This document shows positions 1 to 15,242 of a DNA stretch of 64,000 nt, piece after piece. The first letter of the stretch is position 1, and each line of letters begins with the position of its first letter. This DNA is from Callorhinchus milii (taxonomy: Eukaryota). A model generated the notes under the pieces. That model made no database searches. It saw only the letters and a list, made by a program, of their open reading frames with translations, and was not told the origin of the DNA. The stretch covers positions 16,554,001-16,618,000 of the forward strand of contig NW_024704746.1 in assembly GCF_018977255.1 (NCBI RefSeq). Direction: 5' to 3'. Made by a program: the position numbers and the translations under genes.

Positions 1-2657
1 ATGAGACATCTTATTGTATTAATACTTCGTAGATGACTGATGATTTGTGACCATTTTATATCCCAAACACCTACTTTTCTCTGAACAAACATTAACCCAG
101 AATTGACACACGTGGGTGAGCCCGATCTTTTAAAGAATAGGCACAGGTTTTACGTGAACATGGATTTGAAGAGGTGTATTTTTCCATGAGAAAGAGGAGG
201 AGCTCATCAGTCACAAGACTCTGGATATAATTACCTAGGAAAAATAATTTGTAGGTATAGCAATAAATAAGCACAATTATACGCTGCGTATTCCCTGTTA
301 AGCAGTAAAAGCTTTGTTTTATTATTATGAGTGCATTGTATATATTTTCCTCATAAGTGAAATCAATAGAGTTTATCATAATTTTATGAATAGGAGAACC
401 GATTCCTCATGGAGCCTCTGGCAAATGGCCATTTCAAGCTATTCTTTCCAGTGCTTGTACAGCACACCAGGGCTCCTCTGTTGACAGCATAACTGACATA
501 AGCGCATGAAGCACATGAATAAAACTGCATCATTATACACTTATGACTTTGCACTCTTGACAGGTCATAGGAACATCAAAACGTCTTTTAGAAAGAGGTA
601 CCAACAACACAACAGTGAACGTGGACGGCCTCCAGTGCCCAAAATAACCTTCAGCTAAAGACAGACCAGCCCGAGATGCTATCTTGGTGGGCTACTGATA
701 TTTTGCTAAATAGTAATTTAATACAAAGAGTTCAGACTGGCAGACCTCATTAACTGAAAAGTGCCATTTTCATATGAGTTCTGCCAATTAAGCACTTGTT
801 ACTTAAGTGATGCCAGTATATCTCATGGGAACATGTACATGTCTCTCCTTTTGTATTTCACAGCAAGCGATGTCCCAGTTTTAAAGCCATCACCGACTGC
901 TGCTTAGACTGGGAATCTGAGTGAAATGTTGTGCACACATTTTCCATAAGGAAGAGATACAGGAATCATTAACCTCTAGCTGTACTTTAGGATATAATAA
1001 TAATATTTGCATTAGATGTAAAATCTTATCACGTCATCAAAACATTTCAAAGAGCTTCATCGGATTTAACAGCGAAGTGTGATTGTATATTTTGAGGTAA
1101 ACATATACATGCAACTGCCAAAGGATATTGTAGCACATTAGTTTTCTATCTTAGACACGCGATTTAGAATAACAAGTGATCCTACCCCCTTCTTCCTCCT
1201 CCCACCCATGCACACACATACTCTCGCATGTAAAGAGGATTGGAGGATTGATGATATGGCCATACATCATTCCAGGCTATAGGAAAGGCCCTTATCACGT
1301 TCCTCAAGATGTTGTCAATCTGAATTAAGTCCCTTCCTTTTTGCTGCATTGTATAAAATTATCTAGAGTTTAAACTAAGTCAGTCCCATGATCTAATCTT
1401 TAAGAATATTAAAAACAATCCCTTAAATGTTCTTGAGGTGTCCATTGCATTGTCCATTGTAGCTCCAAAGGGAATCGTAGGGAGAGAGCTGGTAATGATT
1501 CGCACCCACCACATTTGCACCGCAACAGGATGAAGCAAATTGCTCTTGAAGCAGTCTCCTCCAATATGTGATGTCTTCAACTTAACCTACACTGGATGTT
1601 TGGTGGTGAATACCTGACAAAATTGCAGCAATTCACTGCAAACCATGCAATATTAACGTGGGGTTAGAACGTTATTTCCCAAAGGGTTGGCGTGTTGCCA
1701 TTGTCAGTTCCTCTTGCAGTCTTTCAGATTGCTGAAATCGCAGCAAATGAAAATGTTGCTGTATCAGATATTGCAAACGGCAGTGTCTCTGCTAGTCTGT
1801 TGATCAGAATGCTGCTGGGAGGCAAATGTGAGTGCCCAAGCATCAAGATAGGATGTCCAGCTGTGCCTGAATTAATGGTGCACATTGAAGCTGTTAAATA
1901 TTATACAGACACCAGCCCTCACATCTGAAAGTAGCATTTTTGTTTTAAGGCTTTTGTTTTTGCAATGGGAGTTATTAATATTTTGTCTCAATGATGAGAA
2001 TTAATGATGACAGTGTTTAGGAATGGAACAATCTTGCACATATTGGGCTTTATTGGGGAAAAATTCCACCAGGGTCTAGATTGATTGTCCTAACATAACC
2101 TTTAAGAGCATGTGGAATTTGGCAAATTGTTGAATTGCGTCATGACTTAGAAGTCGTTTTTCTGCAGGTCTTTAAAAGAAACGTACAGAAACCTGACTTC
2201 AAAATTAAGAATGAATTTAAGAAGTTGCCTAAATCTGGATGCTCTAAAATGCTTTATAAATAGAGCAAATCTAGAGCCAGGTCAAATTTCTCCTCAAATG
2301 TATATAGCACCACTCTACTCCCAACAATATGCTTCAACCTCTGAAACGCACCCCCTCTTGTTTGTCACTTTCATTTAAACAGTAACTGGGACTTGAGCTG
2401 ATAACATGGGTGACGTTAAAAATCTTATAGCACTATTTAGAAGAGCAAGAAGTATCTTAGTATATTATATTAGTATTATTGACCAATATTACTTCCTCGT
2501 CCAAATTAACCAACCAAAAATTAGTCGTTTATCTATTAGGTTACTGACACAGATTAGCTGGCGCATTTCCGTACAGAACAGTCACTACGCTTTGAAAGTA
2601 ACTCATTTTGAGGCGATAGAGTTATATGAAATACACGTTTATTTTATTATTAATAGT

Positions 2658-2861
2658 ATCCACGACTGTTTGTGGGACACTGCTGTGTGCGATTGGCTGC
2701 CGAGTTTCACCCACAAAATACACAGTCAATACACTTATATCCTGTGAAGCGCTTGTATACCTAATACAGTATATCCTGTGAAGCGCTTTGAGACGCGTCA
2801 ACAACATGATAAGGTGCTGTATCAAATGCAAGGATTATTATTTTATTATTATTATTATTAT
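2658..2861 (+). mobile_element. SINE 3' half with an internal 19-nt duplication
   Basis: Shared SINE body and (ATT)n tail. Confidence 0.85.
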
Positions 2862-3617
2862 AATACTTGTTATACTGGGTCACGGGGAGGTTTCAAGCTT
2901 ACTGTGAACTGTTTAGAAACTAGGCAAACTCATTTCAAGGCAACGTCTCAGCCTGGCTGTCCCAAGACAAACTCTCAGATATGATGGCATTGGGAGTGAG
3001 TAAGTGCTGGCTTCTCAGCTTGACACTTGACTTGAAGATATTCTGCTCTACCTAAACCACTGATAGATCAATTGATGCTTGCAACAGAATGTTGTCATTA
3101 GACATTCTTAGTTGGTGTTCCTTTTATTTTTTCTAGCAAAACGATACATTGACACACAGCTGGAGCTCTGTCCCACTTCAAATTGGAAGGTCTTTCTTTA
3201 CTGCTGTGTCACGGCAGCAAAGAACCTGCCACAGAAGTGATTTCACTTTCAGGGCTCGGGATACATTCAGCTTCTAGCTGGTCTAGTCTTTGTCAATAGC
3301 AGCATTAAAAGAGAGCTCATCTTAGTCCCTCATGGGCCAAACAAAGACATAATCTCTCAAACTGAGAAGGGTGAGAGTTTATAGAAAATTTAGATTTGAC
3401 AACAATACACAGAACGTAGCTATTATGTAGAACAATTTGCCCCTAGAAGAGGGCTGCCACCGTATGGGTAGTGAAAGACATGAAGAAAGCATAGTCCTTA
3501 CACCAGTTACTAAAATATCATGTTTCTCATTGTTTTGTGAAGACATGGGATAGACTATTTTGATTTTAAAAGACTGGATTGTCGGAAACTATAGAAGATA
3601 TTGCTCCAACCAACTAG

Positions 3618-3913
3618 TGGAGGCCTGCAGTTTAGTGGTTAGAGCACTCGCCTCGCAAGCGAGAGCATCTGGGTTCGACTACCGGACGTTACAAAAGTTT
3701 TCTTTCTCCACAAGTTTCTGTTTTCCTAGTAGCAAGTAGGAACCCAGGTGTCACTCAATCCAGGGCTGTTTGTGGGACACTGCTGTGCGCAATTGACTGC
3801 CAGGTTTTGCCAACAAAATATAGTCAATTTACTTTACAATATATTCTGTGAAGCGCTTTGAGACGTCTCGAATACGTGTTAAGGCACTATATCAAATGCA
3901 AGGATTATTATTA
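3618..3913 (+). mobile_element. tRNA-derived SINE, same head and tail but a different middle segment
   Basis: TGGAGGCCTGCAGTTTAGTGG head, GGTTCGACT B box, shared tail. Confidence 0.88.
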
Positions 3914-6900
3914 AATTATAACAGTCTATTTTATAAATTGTGTATTTTTATATTCTGAACTTCTCAATTATTTGGTATTGATAATCACCCATGTTTTAAA
4001 ACAAAGCCTAACGGGCAATTTCCACCTTTTGGACACACTCTTCATTGGACCTGTACATTTTATTATCATTTTTGGCACATCGTTCGGTAGCAAGTGCTCA
4101 CAGTTTCCTCTGAATGGCCAATGTAATCAAATTCCCTTCAACATGGCCATAGCTGTCACTGCAGAAACTAGATAACTTATTTAGTGGTGATTTTATCGGG
4201 GCATGCTTCACTTTGAATGTTTCTCAACCGAAAACTACATCGTATCAAAGCTATTATTGTAATATTTGCTCTATAGGGGCAAAACGCTTTATATCATCAT
4301 AATGCCTGAATTCCGTGTCATTATGTTTACCAGTTTTTATGGTTTATATTTCAGAGGGCCGCAAATACAAATTCATTAGAAATCCATTTCTCAGGGCATG
4401 GGAAGCAATATGCTTCCTGCCACTAACTCCAGCAATGTTTGTCTCTATACACTTAAGCAACCAGTCGCTGCTTTCCACTGTGGCCTAATCTGAGGAATTC
4501 ATAAATACCGTCTAATTCGCAAATGTCACAAGATGTTAATCATGCATCAAAAAAAGACAGCAATTTAGGATAAAGGCTGGATAGCAAGACACCATTGATT
4601 CAATTCATGAATATCGCAATCCCATCCTGTATTGAATATCACATGCTAAACCCCGATATTGTTTATTTATTCTTTTTGACAGTCCAACATAAATTGGCAG
4701 TAACTTGAATCCACTGTACCATTTTTCCATATGGATCTGAACAGGGGAACATACAGTAATAGATCAAAATAACAAGTACTTTTTTTGAATGAGTTTCATC
4801 ATATTCATGTGGAAAAGGGGGTGGGGAGTCAGTGTTTCAAATACATGATGCTGAAACTCTCTTTTGCAATCAGTGTTGGTGAAAGGTTAGATTTCACTCA
4901 ACACTGAGCACTATCAATAGCTTTCTTTTCATTTTAATAATAACTTGCATTTATATAACATTTCCATGTAAACCTAAATGTGTTGAAGAGCTTCTCAACA
5001 GTGATTGATTAGAAATGAAGGGAATGTATTCTACAGGCAAACCCAGCAGCTAATCCATGCAAGCATTGTCCCATAAACAGCAATGAAAAGAGCAACCAAT
5101 TAATTAGGATTTCAGAGTAAATTTGGTTGAGACATTTATGAGTTTATAATGGGAAATCCCATCAGTATTTTTTATGATTTATGTATGGTAGGCTATCACT
5201 GTAGATAAAAGTCCACACTACTAAGGTACAGAAAATTGTGTAGTTTATTTGGGCTTTACTAATAAAGTTACTCTAGTCTAGAGGGGAAATAGCTTGATCG
5301 CATTCCTATATACATCATTATCGATATTTATAATCGCATAGCTTTCAAGACTGGATTGAAGACTTTTCTACAAATCTGCACAATCTTAAATTTTAATACA
5401 AATGGCTATAGAGGTTAAGACTAGCTATAATTTTGGACCTCTGATTTTTTTCCTGCTCAGTTATTCTGCCAGTTATCAACATGCTATTAAATAGGGTTTC
5501 TGGCATTCAGAATGTGAAAATCCGAGGCTTCCCTGATGGGCTTGTAACGGAAGCAAACTTTATTTTTGCTGCAAAAAAAAACTGACATAAACCAGTTTTT
5601 CCTCCAGTACGAATATTGCTAAGAATTCAATATGTTGGTTTAGTTGAGGGTGCTATTAACTTGTCCTGTGCTGCATTTTAAAGGGAGAGAACGCATATGA
5701 GCTGAAACATATCAGACAGAAACTGGCATTTCAATTTATTGAAATTGGCACAAAAGGCTCTCTGCGCCGTTTTTTATACAGCTGAAAAGTGGCTTCTGTA
5801 AGACCATTGCTATTCCACAAAAAGAAAATCATACAATTCTGTAAACTGTTTTTTGAATTTCCTGTTCCCAGAGGGATAACAGATCATTGTACCAGAGTGT
5901 TTCTGAATACAAGTGTTTGAATACACAGTATATTAAACAACTGGATTTCACGTTTTGTAGCTTAAGATGGGAGAATATCCACTCGACTAGGTGAATAGTT
6001 ACTTGGTGCCACACTGAAATTACACCAATGACGAGAAAGATTGCATTCAGGCCATTGCGTGCAACATAAAATGCTGCTCCCTTTATACAGACATTTTCTT
6101 ATTCATCATTTGAAACAGCCACAAAGCAGGAGATCTGTACTAGGTGGTTAGAAAAAAGGAAGAAACACACATGGATATCAGCAAACAAGAGACGCATTTG
6201 CAATGTCCACAATAGAGCCTGTTTACCATGTCCATTAGGAAAGAGGCTTTGAAGCCTATAAAGCCTGAAGTAGAGGATTAGATAGTAGGGCTGCATCTGT
6301 CAACATGTCCCAGAAATACCTCCAAACCTCTGCTTCTGCCAGAATTGCATAGCCAGGTGAGGCAGATAATGCTCACTTCATACCTGACTAATCCCAGGTT
6401 TGGAGGCTACCAGAGGACAAGTCAGAATGCAATCATACGTGTGATGTGTTTGTCTCCTCTCGGCTGGATACGTTTCATGTGTTCCACTCTTATTAACTTT
6501 CTAAAGACTGGACGGCTCTTGGCATTCATTTCCAGGAACCGCATATGTTTTCAGTATGGGTTCTCCACTAAAAAACACCTCTCTAAATAGCACAGCTTTT
6601 GAGTACGAGTCGTGCACAGGTGCAAACAATCTTGAGTTATGGTGCAGTCTGAGGTAACTGGAAACTGTTAAGCACAACTAAGTGAATACTGAGTTGAACC
6701 TTACTGAGTGTATTAAAAGTGGAGCTTGTGTCTGCAGAGAATAACATGTCTTCCAATTTCAGGAAGTCATTGCATTTGACTTTCATTGCATTTTCAGGCT
6801 TTGTTCCCTGCTAATGCTTTGGGATTGAATGTTGCCCAAATCAGAATACATCCAGCTAAATACTCCATAAGGCTGGCAGCCTAGTACCTCTATATTTGTA

Positions 6901-9900
6901 TGATGATGCCTACCATAGCCACGTTGATTCATCTAAAACTGATTCCATTAACCTGCGGTTTGCTGGAATCGTCTGAGACCCAGGCGCAGTGTGCAGATTA
7001 GTTAAATGATTAGAACAACAAACAAAAAGTTCAAGTTGTTGTTCACGATTCCACTGTTCAGGAGACGTAAACATATGTTCCACCACCTCGGCTGGAAATA
7101 AAAACACCCTCCAATTAAATGGTTCCAGTTCTACAGCTCACATTCTGCGATTGTAAGCTTAGTGTCTGACTGTCAAGCGTTGAAGAGACTCTCAAAACAT
7201 GAGGATTAAGCCAAAGGAGACAACATGTTTATGTGCCCCCTTCAGTTAAGGGGTTGCATCATTCTGTAGCACAGAACTGCCTCAAGCCAATTTAGGGCTT
7301 TGACAACATGGCAGGAGTGAGAGGTTTGACTGTTACACATTAGGGTAAAGTACAATAATTGTTAACCATGTACATTTCAGTATCAATAGTTCATAAAGTC
7401 ACACTGAGAAGGCAAAGGAAAGAGAAAATTTGCCCCCAAAGGACTATTATACTAAAATCCGGTTATGCTGGACACTTGATGAATGCACTCCATTGTTCTC
7501 TTTCCTATTCACGGTTTTTACAGTAGGAAAAGTTTTTCCATATTACACATTTTTCCGCCAGCAGGTGTTTGCTCAAAGGTTTCACCATGGGAAATATTGC
7601 ATTGTTGTGTGGAGTATCTCTTCCTTGATAACAGCTACTCATGTTCTTTCTCAAGTCTCTGGCATTAGCATTATCCTATCTCATTCTGTTGAGGGATTAT
7701 CGAACTCCTCTGTCCACAAGGCTTGACGTTCGAGTTCTGTTTAATACATCACATGATGTTTTCTATGCTACTGGGGCTGGAGGGGTAGGTGTCATCTGCA
7801 CAGGGCAGCTGGTCAAGGTTGAATGGTGGAGTTGTGGAGCTGGATAAATATTCTAGAGTTTCATTTGATTACCTTTGGGGATCAGGGAGTATTTATGCAA
7901 CACTTTCCTTCTGGAGATTAAATAGGTCGTCTACAAACCATGACAGGGCACATTGTACGTGGTCTGTGATGGAGTTGGACTGATGAGTTTAATGGAGCTT
8001 TTTAAAAAATCTATGCTTTCTTATATTTCTGATGCTATAATAATATTTTTGAAGAGTTTAAAGATGTAATCCAAATAGTGTCTTAGAATCGGTTCTACCA
8101 CATCATTATAACAAACCACTGGAGTAGGTTCCGTGACTACCTGTTGAATTGGCCCAGGAGAATTTCACAGAGGATTCCATTACAACTTGAACATACCTCC
8201 TTTTAGCACTTTTAAAGACTGTCTGAAATGTCAAAAGAATTGCATCAGCTGCTAACTAAAAATCCAAATGATAATATTAAAAAAGGAAGAAATGTACCAA
8301 AGCACATATAAAGGACTAAAATAGTCAGTTTTATTATATAATGCATTACATTAGTGGCATTCACTATTCTTCACAAAAGTACATTCAGAACATTAACTTA
8401 GAATTCACAAGTTACAGGCTAATTGCATTGTAAATGCAGTTTCTACACTTAGCCTAGTTTCTGTACAGAATACAAGTCCGAAGTGGCTGCATAATTTGAG
8501 CGGCAGTCGAAGTCATGCCAGTGCGTGCCAGTCGGTTTGCTTTCTCTATGGGCTGTACATGCCAGTAAGCAGCAAAAGCCATGTTTCATACCATTTGTAA
8601 AATATATTTCTCCGTTTGTACACACTGTTCCTCCTTGTTTGGCGGAGATTAAGGAACAGGAAATGAGAGCACAGCCTTGCTCAATATACAGTCATTTTAC
8701 ACTGTACAACCATTTGTAAGTTGCTAAGTGCAGCAAAAAGCATCACAATGCTCATGAATTCAGCCAAGGATTACTTTCATAGCCTAAAGCTGAACTGATT
8801 TTTTTTTAAAAATGGGCTTTATAGCATACATTAAAATCCATTGGTGTATACGGCGGACTGCAAAACACAACTGTCCATGTAGCACTAGTAATGTGTTGAA
8901 TTTTGCCACACTCAATTCAAGCTGAAGTATACAATTTAAATAATATTTTTAAATAGCATATCTAGTTTAGCTTTTTCTAGGCCTAACAAGATTTTTGTTC
9001 CCATTGATATTTAAAAAGGTTCAGGTATCATTTATGAACATTAACTACAAGAGATCCATATGAATTATTTTCATGTAGTTGAAATATTAACAATGCAAAG
9101 TGCAGCACTGAACTATACAGACTACACTATAACTATACAGTGTCCAGCTTTGATCCCTAGTTTGTGCTGTGTTAATGGGGCTGGTAGTTAGGTGTGCAAC
9201 AATTGAACTCTACATCCATGGAATAAGAGGGTACGTTAGATGGGGTTTCTGTCCTGATCGCTATCCAACAAAAATGCCTCCGCCGTTCTACTCCAAGGTC
9301 AAAGAGCCTGGCAACATTTGCTAGCAAGCCTCATATCCAAAAAGTGTGCCTTTGAACAAGTTTAAGAAAGCGACTTCAACCACAGGAACCATCACCCAGC
9401 ATTAGACTTCCGGGGCAATAAACAAAAGGAGAAAATTGGAAATATTACAATGATTTTACAGAACAATTGCACAAACAAAGGCATTTGACATGGCGGATAA
9501 GGGACTCAAATCCATTAACCCTTCCTGAAGATGGATCCAACAAATTTTGATCAATTTGCACAGGCAAATGAGGAATATATTATTGGCAGAAATCAAACAT
9601 TGTGTCTATTCCTTAAAGATGTTTTTCACTCCACAGTCAAGCATCAAGATTTCCGAAAACTTACAAACAAAATACTTTGAACAGAAGTGCTTTTCATTTT
9701 TGATTCACACAATACATTTCCATTAATTTGTCCGAATCACCTTTATCAAAATAACTGCATTGGAAACAATACCAAGAGGATGCTCTGAAACAAAGTACAT
9801 TATACAATGGTTCTAAAATGTTCCAATTTCCAGCACAGTACAAAAGGCCACCAGCAGCCTACATTGGTGTACCTTTTGCCTGTTAATCTAGTGTTACATT

Positions 9901-11733
9901 TGTTATCTTTAAACCCAATTGTGCATTTTGATTATCTATCAATCCATATTAGAGTGGCTTCATAACTGCTCTAATTATTTTTAAGCGCTCTAAATGGCCA
10001 GTGCATTTCATGTTGCCATGAAGCAGAGCACAAAGCTCTTGACTGGTCCATTTAGCAGCCCCAAAAAGCAATTATTTATAAGAACCGAGGCTTTGCATGG
10101 TGCTGCAGAAGCACAAGTACTTCAACGGCCCACTAATTATTCAAATTGGTCAGGTGAAGAGCAAAGTAATGTCCAGTTTCTCACGCCTCTTCAGTTTAAA
10201 AAAGGCCCTGTATCCTATTGTGTTTAATGGTATTTTTCTGATGTTGGTAGAATGATGGAGTAATCATTTTTATGCTTGATGTTTGAAAAGCATATATATC
10301 CTTAACCATGTTAAATAGCCGTCTAGATAGTGAATGAGGAGACATGGTTTAGGACATGTATAATTTTACGCTCCTAGACATTGCATTGAGTTTAGATCAG
10401 GATGACCTGAACCGAAAGCAAGTTCCCCCGGGGTTTAAACAGAGGGCTGCCCTGGAGTTGGTTCATGTGCCTGGAGGATTAAACTGCCTGCTCAAAGCAA
10501 ACCTCGAGTTTTGTTTTCAAACTGAAAATGATAGGAGATCTGCATTAAGGTAGTATAAACCACTTGATACAAACCTCCTGCTTCACAGCCCTGAAGAACT
10601 CAGAGGTCAAGCGAGGGGGGACTTTACACCGAATGGTTTATTCTTAATCAATTGTACTGCAAACTCACAATGAATGTGAATTAGTTACACCACGTAAGAA
10701 CATGGCTGATAGCATCCCTGCTACCCAAATAAAAATGTGAAGCTAGGAATTAATTTGCTCAGGTTAAAATCTCTGCATTATTCTGCATCATTTTGTAATT
10801 CCGATGCTCATTACCATTAAAAATTAGGACAATATATTGACTGATCTCTAGTTAAAGGCTATAAGACTGCACAGAATTAGATGTTATTGTTTCACTGTTA
10901 ACACGCCTGGAAGGCATTTGTAATATAATTTACTAGAAAGCCAATTAAGGATTTCTCTTTAAAAAAGAAAAAGCAAGCATGTATTACTCAACTAAAAGCA
11001 GTTTTTAAATATGTAGAAAGATTGGTTTATGTTGCTGGAATCTCCTGGGCATCTACTTTAGCAACCTCTATGCTGTGCTCTTAGTGTGGTTTCAGAACTG
11101 TGCTGAACCTGATCCCAGACATTTGTTCCTTATGGAAGCTGTTCTGGCAGCTTTCATCACATCATGGCAGGCTGCTGTTGTAATAGAGAAAACCGTCTGC
11201 AGCTGCTAGCAAGAGCTGACTTTTTGTTCCAACAGTTCTAGGAGCTGAAATATTCTTAACCTGAAAAGCCATTTCAAAATGGCATTAACTGTTTGACAGT
11301 TTAACAGCTTCCTGTGTGCTCAAGCTCTCGTGGGAAATGTAAAGAGGGTTTACAATCTAGATTTTCCTGCGAGGTATATAATCAGAAAAAACAGAGACGT
11401 TGATGCCAATCAGAGCTAGCAAGCACTGTAGAATGTCTATAGTCAAGGCCACAGGTCATGAACTACAGGGAAGTACTATTTATTGTTGCTGGTTTATTTC
11501 ACTAAAACAGAACATAACTCAGTGTTTAGGGCTTACGGAGCCCAATTTAAAGTCAAAATGCCCTTTATTGTGATAAGCCAAAACTTAAAGACATATTACA
11601 TCATGTCACAAACACCATCGGGAGATTAAAATGCAAAACAAAAATCATTTTATGCATCCACGAAAAATTGTTTTAATTTTCAGTGATGCGTGTGAACATT
11701 TAAATACTTTGAATTATATTAGAATGTGAAAGC

Positions 11734-14687
11734 TTTATTTAAAACACATCCTATCTACTTAGACCACAACATCGCGCGATGAAGAACTGTAAACATTTCT
11801 ATTCTTTGACAAAGAAGGGAGCACTCTATACAGCTTGTGCACTAGTTAATGTTTCCACTGCTGCCCAATCCATCTCCATCCACACGGGTAACTTTGCAGA
11901 CACTGTGCCCGGCGTTTGTGCATCCATGTTTGGTGTTTTGGGCATCAGGTATCAGAATACTGCACTATATGTCTTAATAAAAAATAAGCTCTGAACCAAA
12001 CATACACTGCTGGCTGTTACAAAGAGAAAATCTGACACCTGCTGGTAAGATGAAATATGTCATGCAAGGACAGAGTCAGAGTGCATCAGCAAACACAAGG
12101 ATATTCTGAATTCCATGAATTCTCACTCACGCCTAGGGTTTTTAAATCTATAGAAAGGGTAGCAATATGTAGAAGAACTTTTTTTTTTAAAACTTAACGG
12201 CACTGTATCTAAAGCTACGCTAGATTCAACTTCAATTCATTGAAAATTTAATCTGTTCAACGTACATATATGAATCTATGTTAAATATAAAACTTTTTTT
12301 TCCTTCCAAATTACTCTACAATTCTTAAGAAGCTTCTAAATAAAGATACTTTCATCTAGTAGAACCAATACTTAATCAAATTACATTTTATTGAAATGTA
12401 CCTGAAATGCCTCAAGCTTTTCGACTGGTCTAAAATGCCTACAATTTGATTGTCTTTTTCAACAACAGAAGCTGACAAAAGAAAAACAGTCTTTGGAATT
12501 TGACTTTGGCTTTCCACACTGTTCCTTGGTGCGTATGTTGCATTGAATGGTACAGTGACCACACACATACAATCGGCCTGGGTGGTTTGAAGGATAAGGA
12601 ACCTGAAAACTTTGTGCCACATATAGAGCTGGGTGAGCAGATGTCCCTTCAGAACAAATCAAATCAGATGTTCTGCCTCAGTCAAGTCCTTGTCTTCTGC
12701 AACAAGAATCATAAGTAGTGACAAGCTGTCAACTGTTACAGCTGTAAATTGTATGGATGACTAAGCTCAGAGCTACAAATATCTTCATTTACTGTAGAAA
12801 GTCTAGTCTTCTTGTATCACCTTCATGTCCCATTTAATGTGTACTATTGCTATGAAGCAGGGCATTTTTCACTATAGCTAGGACTATTACTTCCCCATCT
12901 GAGGAAAACAATCAGTGATCTCAACATTTTCAAAGAAATTACCATTATTGATGGAAGGAGCAGATCGATGGTTCAGAGTTCCAAGAAACCTGGCCAGCTC
13001 GCTGAAGGGAGAAATTGACAGATGTGATGAGGCACTCTGCAATGCATGGCACTTTCTATGGCATATATACTTCAATGGTCAGAGACACTTTATATGGGCT
13101 AGTCTGCAGGGATATCTTTTAAGTCATTCATCAATATAATTGGCATTTTGTTCCACAACGGACAAATACCATTCACGTCTTAAAAAATGGTATTTGTCTT
13201 GAGACGGTGAAATAGCATTCATACCCACTGTTCAAACCGTCAGTCTGTGACATAATGGAGGAAAAGACATCATTTGAAATGTCAAGGTGCTTCATAACGG
13301 CATTAGATTTTCTATTAGAAAGGCAGCTTGCATCAATGAATGTCTTCTGTATTATTATAATGTTGTGATTTGCAAAAAAACACCAGTTCACCTCCGACAA
13401 GTCCATACACTACTTTGCTCTTACAATTTTTTTTAATTTTAAGGAACAAAATCATTCATTTGCAGAAACACTCTTTCATTTCATGATAATGAAACAGCAT
13501 TTACTTGTAACCACTGAATGCCATTATAATGTTGTCCTTGGAGAACTTTGACCTATGTTGCAAAACTATTTGATGCTCAAATCTACCAGTTCAATGAAGC
13601 CTGGGTTTCACTGCCTATTGGTTTTGATTTGTGCTGGCAGCGATAGAGAGGGTGTGACCCATGATCCTACCAAACACAAAGTGGAAAGAATCCCTGAGAT
13701 GCTTTCAGCTCAAAGACCCAAGCGTCTCAATTGAAACAAACTGCATTGAGAGACACTGCATTGCAAGCAAAAACAGTCTGGCTTGTCCTGCAATAAAAGA
13801 AAAATAAGCTACTAGCAATAAACCTGCAGCAATGAATGAGTTAAGATTCCAACTAGAAATCATTAACATGCAAAGACAGAATGATGAACGACTGCTATAT
13901 TTTGCTTTGAAAATACCAGAAACCAGTTTTTAAAAAAAACGAATCTTGAACTCTTAAACCTGGCTGGATTCACATTAATTGCAGCATAATTGAATTTAAA
14001 TTGATTAAGTCAAAGTGCCAAAGATGTCAACAAGCTGTATTTTTCTTGTCAGCTCCCACTCTTACAAATTACTGTTCAAATAAGATAAATAATAGGGTCT
14101 GATCTCTTCACTTCATGACAAATTCACTGAGTAGTGATTCAAATTGAGGAGGCGATTCTCTTTATCCTGGATACATTTACCCGTCTTGGTGGATAAGAGC
14201 ATCTGATTCTCTGTTGATCGATAAATCTTCTGACCTTGGGAACTGGATCAAATGCAAGGAATATTATTATTATAAGGGGAAAATCAACTTGGCAAAATTT
14301 GCCAATGATCTGAAAGTCAGCCCCACACACATATATATATATATTTCAAACAATTAGAATGGAGCACCAAATAAATAAGTCAAGCAATTGCAAAAATTAG
14401 CAGCAAAAAAAAAGAAAAACTACAGATCTTAAAACAGCTAGTTCTGAATGACAACAAAACTTCCCCCAAATTCCTGTAAACACTTGCCAATTCATAACCA
14501 TACTGAAATTCAATTCAGCTTGCTTTCTCCTGCAAAATTATGTTGTTGCTATGCATGGGGGGAGGGGGGGGGGGGGGGGGGGAGGCGAGCAAATCGAGTT
14601 ACATTCCAAGGCAAGGAATGTCACAAAAGTTTACAGACATTGGCTTGCGACATGCCGGTATTTACAGAGCATTAGAAAATGTGCAGC
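11734..14687 (-). other. TTLL7: Probable TTLL7 3'UTR with candidate AATAAA signals at 12387-12392 and 11734-11739
   Basis: Repeat-poor AT-rich sequence after the stop, with minus-strand AATAAA hexamers. The true end cannot be fixed from sequence. Confidence 0.5.
14557..14585 (+). repeat. Poly-G tract (poly-C in the TTLL7 3'UTR)
   Basis: Directly visible, ~100 nt after the stop codon. Confidence 0.9.
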
Positions 14688-14808
14688 TCAGAACTGGTTA
14701 AGCCTGGCTGTGTACAAACTCCGAGACCGAGGCAATCCTGCTGGGCTGCGGGTGAAGCCTGTAGGTAGTGTTTTCATGCTGAACTGGAATCCTGTCAGTG
14801 GTAAATAC
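14688..14808 (-). CDS. TTLL7: TTLL7 last coding exon (YLPLTGFQFSMKTLPTGFTRSPAGLPRSRSLYTARLNQF*)
   Basis: Acceptor ttccag, phase fits the previous exon, and length and ending resemble the human TTLL7 C-terminus (SRYL...G..RS..L.T.R). TGA at 14688-14690. Confidence 0.88.
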
Positions 14809-15069
14809 CTGGAATAAACATCAAAACAATCACATTTTGGCAAAACAATTATATGTCACGATCTAGTTAATCTGCTAGTCAAAGGCAAACTTGTGTTGTG
14901 TGGTTCTCTGGAGGAACCTTGGGTTCTGATTTCTCTATTTGTTGTAAAATATGGAAAGTTTGCCGTAATTCATCTTTGCACCTAATTTGAGGGCTTCACC
15001 GAAAGCTTAACACGCCCCACACTTTGCATAGCGAATCTTTGGAGTACAATGCATGTCTTGCTTAATCTT

Positions 15070-15242
15070 ATAACACTAGGCTGACACTCACTCCACTGCA
15101 GTGCTGCATCGTTGCCAGAGGTGTATTCCATCAGATGATGTTTCGCCCACAAAATACACATTTACATTATATCCTATGAAGCACTTTGAGACATCTTAAC
15201 GATGTAATAAGACACTATATCAAATGCAAGGATTATTATTAT
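15070..15242 (+). mobile_element. Deu-core fragment joined to a SINE 3' tail
   Basis: GGGCTGACACT..CAGTGCTGCA..CAGATGA followed by GTTTCGCCCAC..GCAAGGATTATT. Confidence 0.65.

Noticed and set aside
6318-6406. CCTCCAAACCT / AGGTTTGGAGG inverted repeat
   Set aside because: Only 11 bp with a long spacer; compatible with chance in 64 kb.
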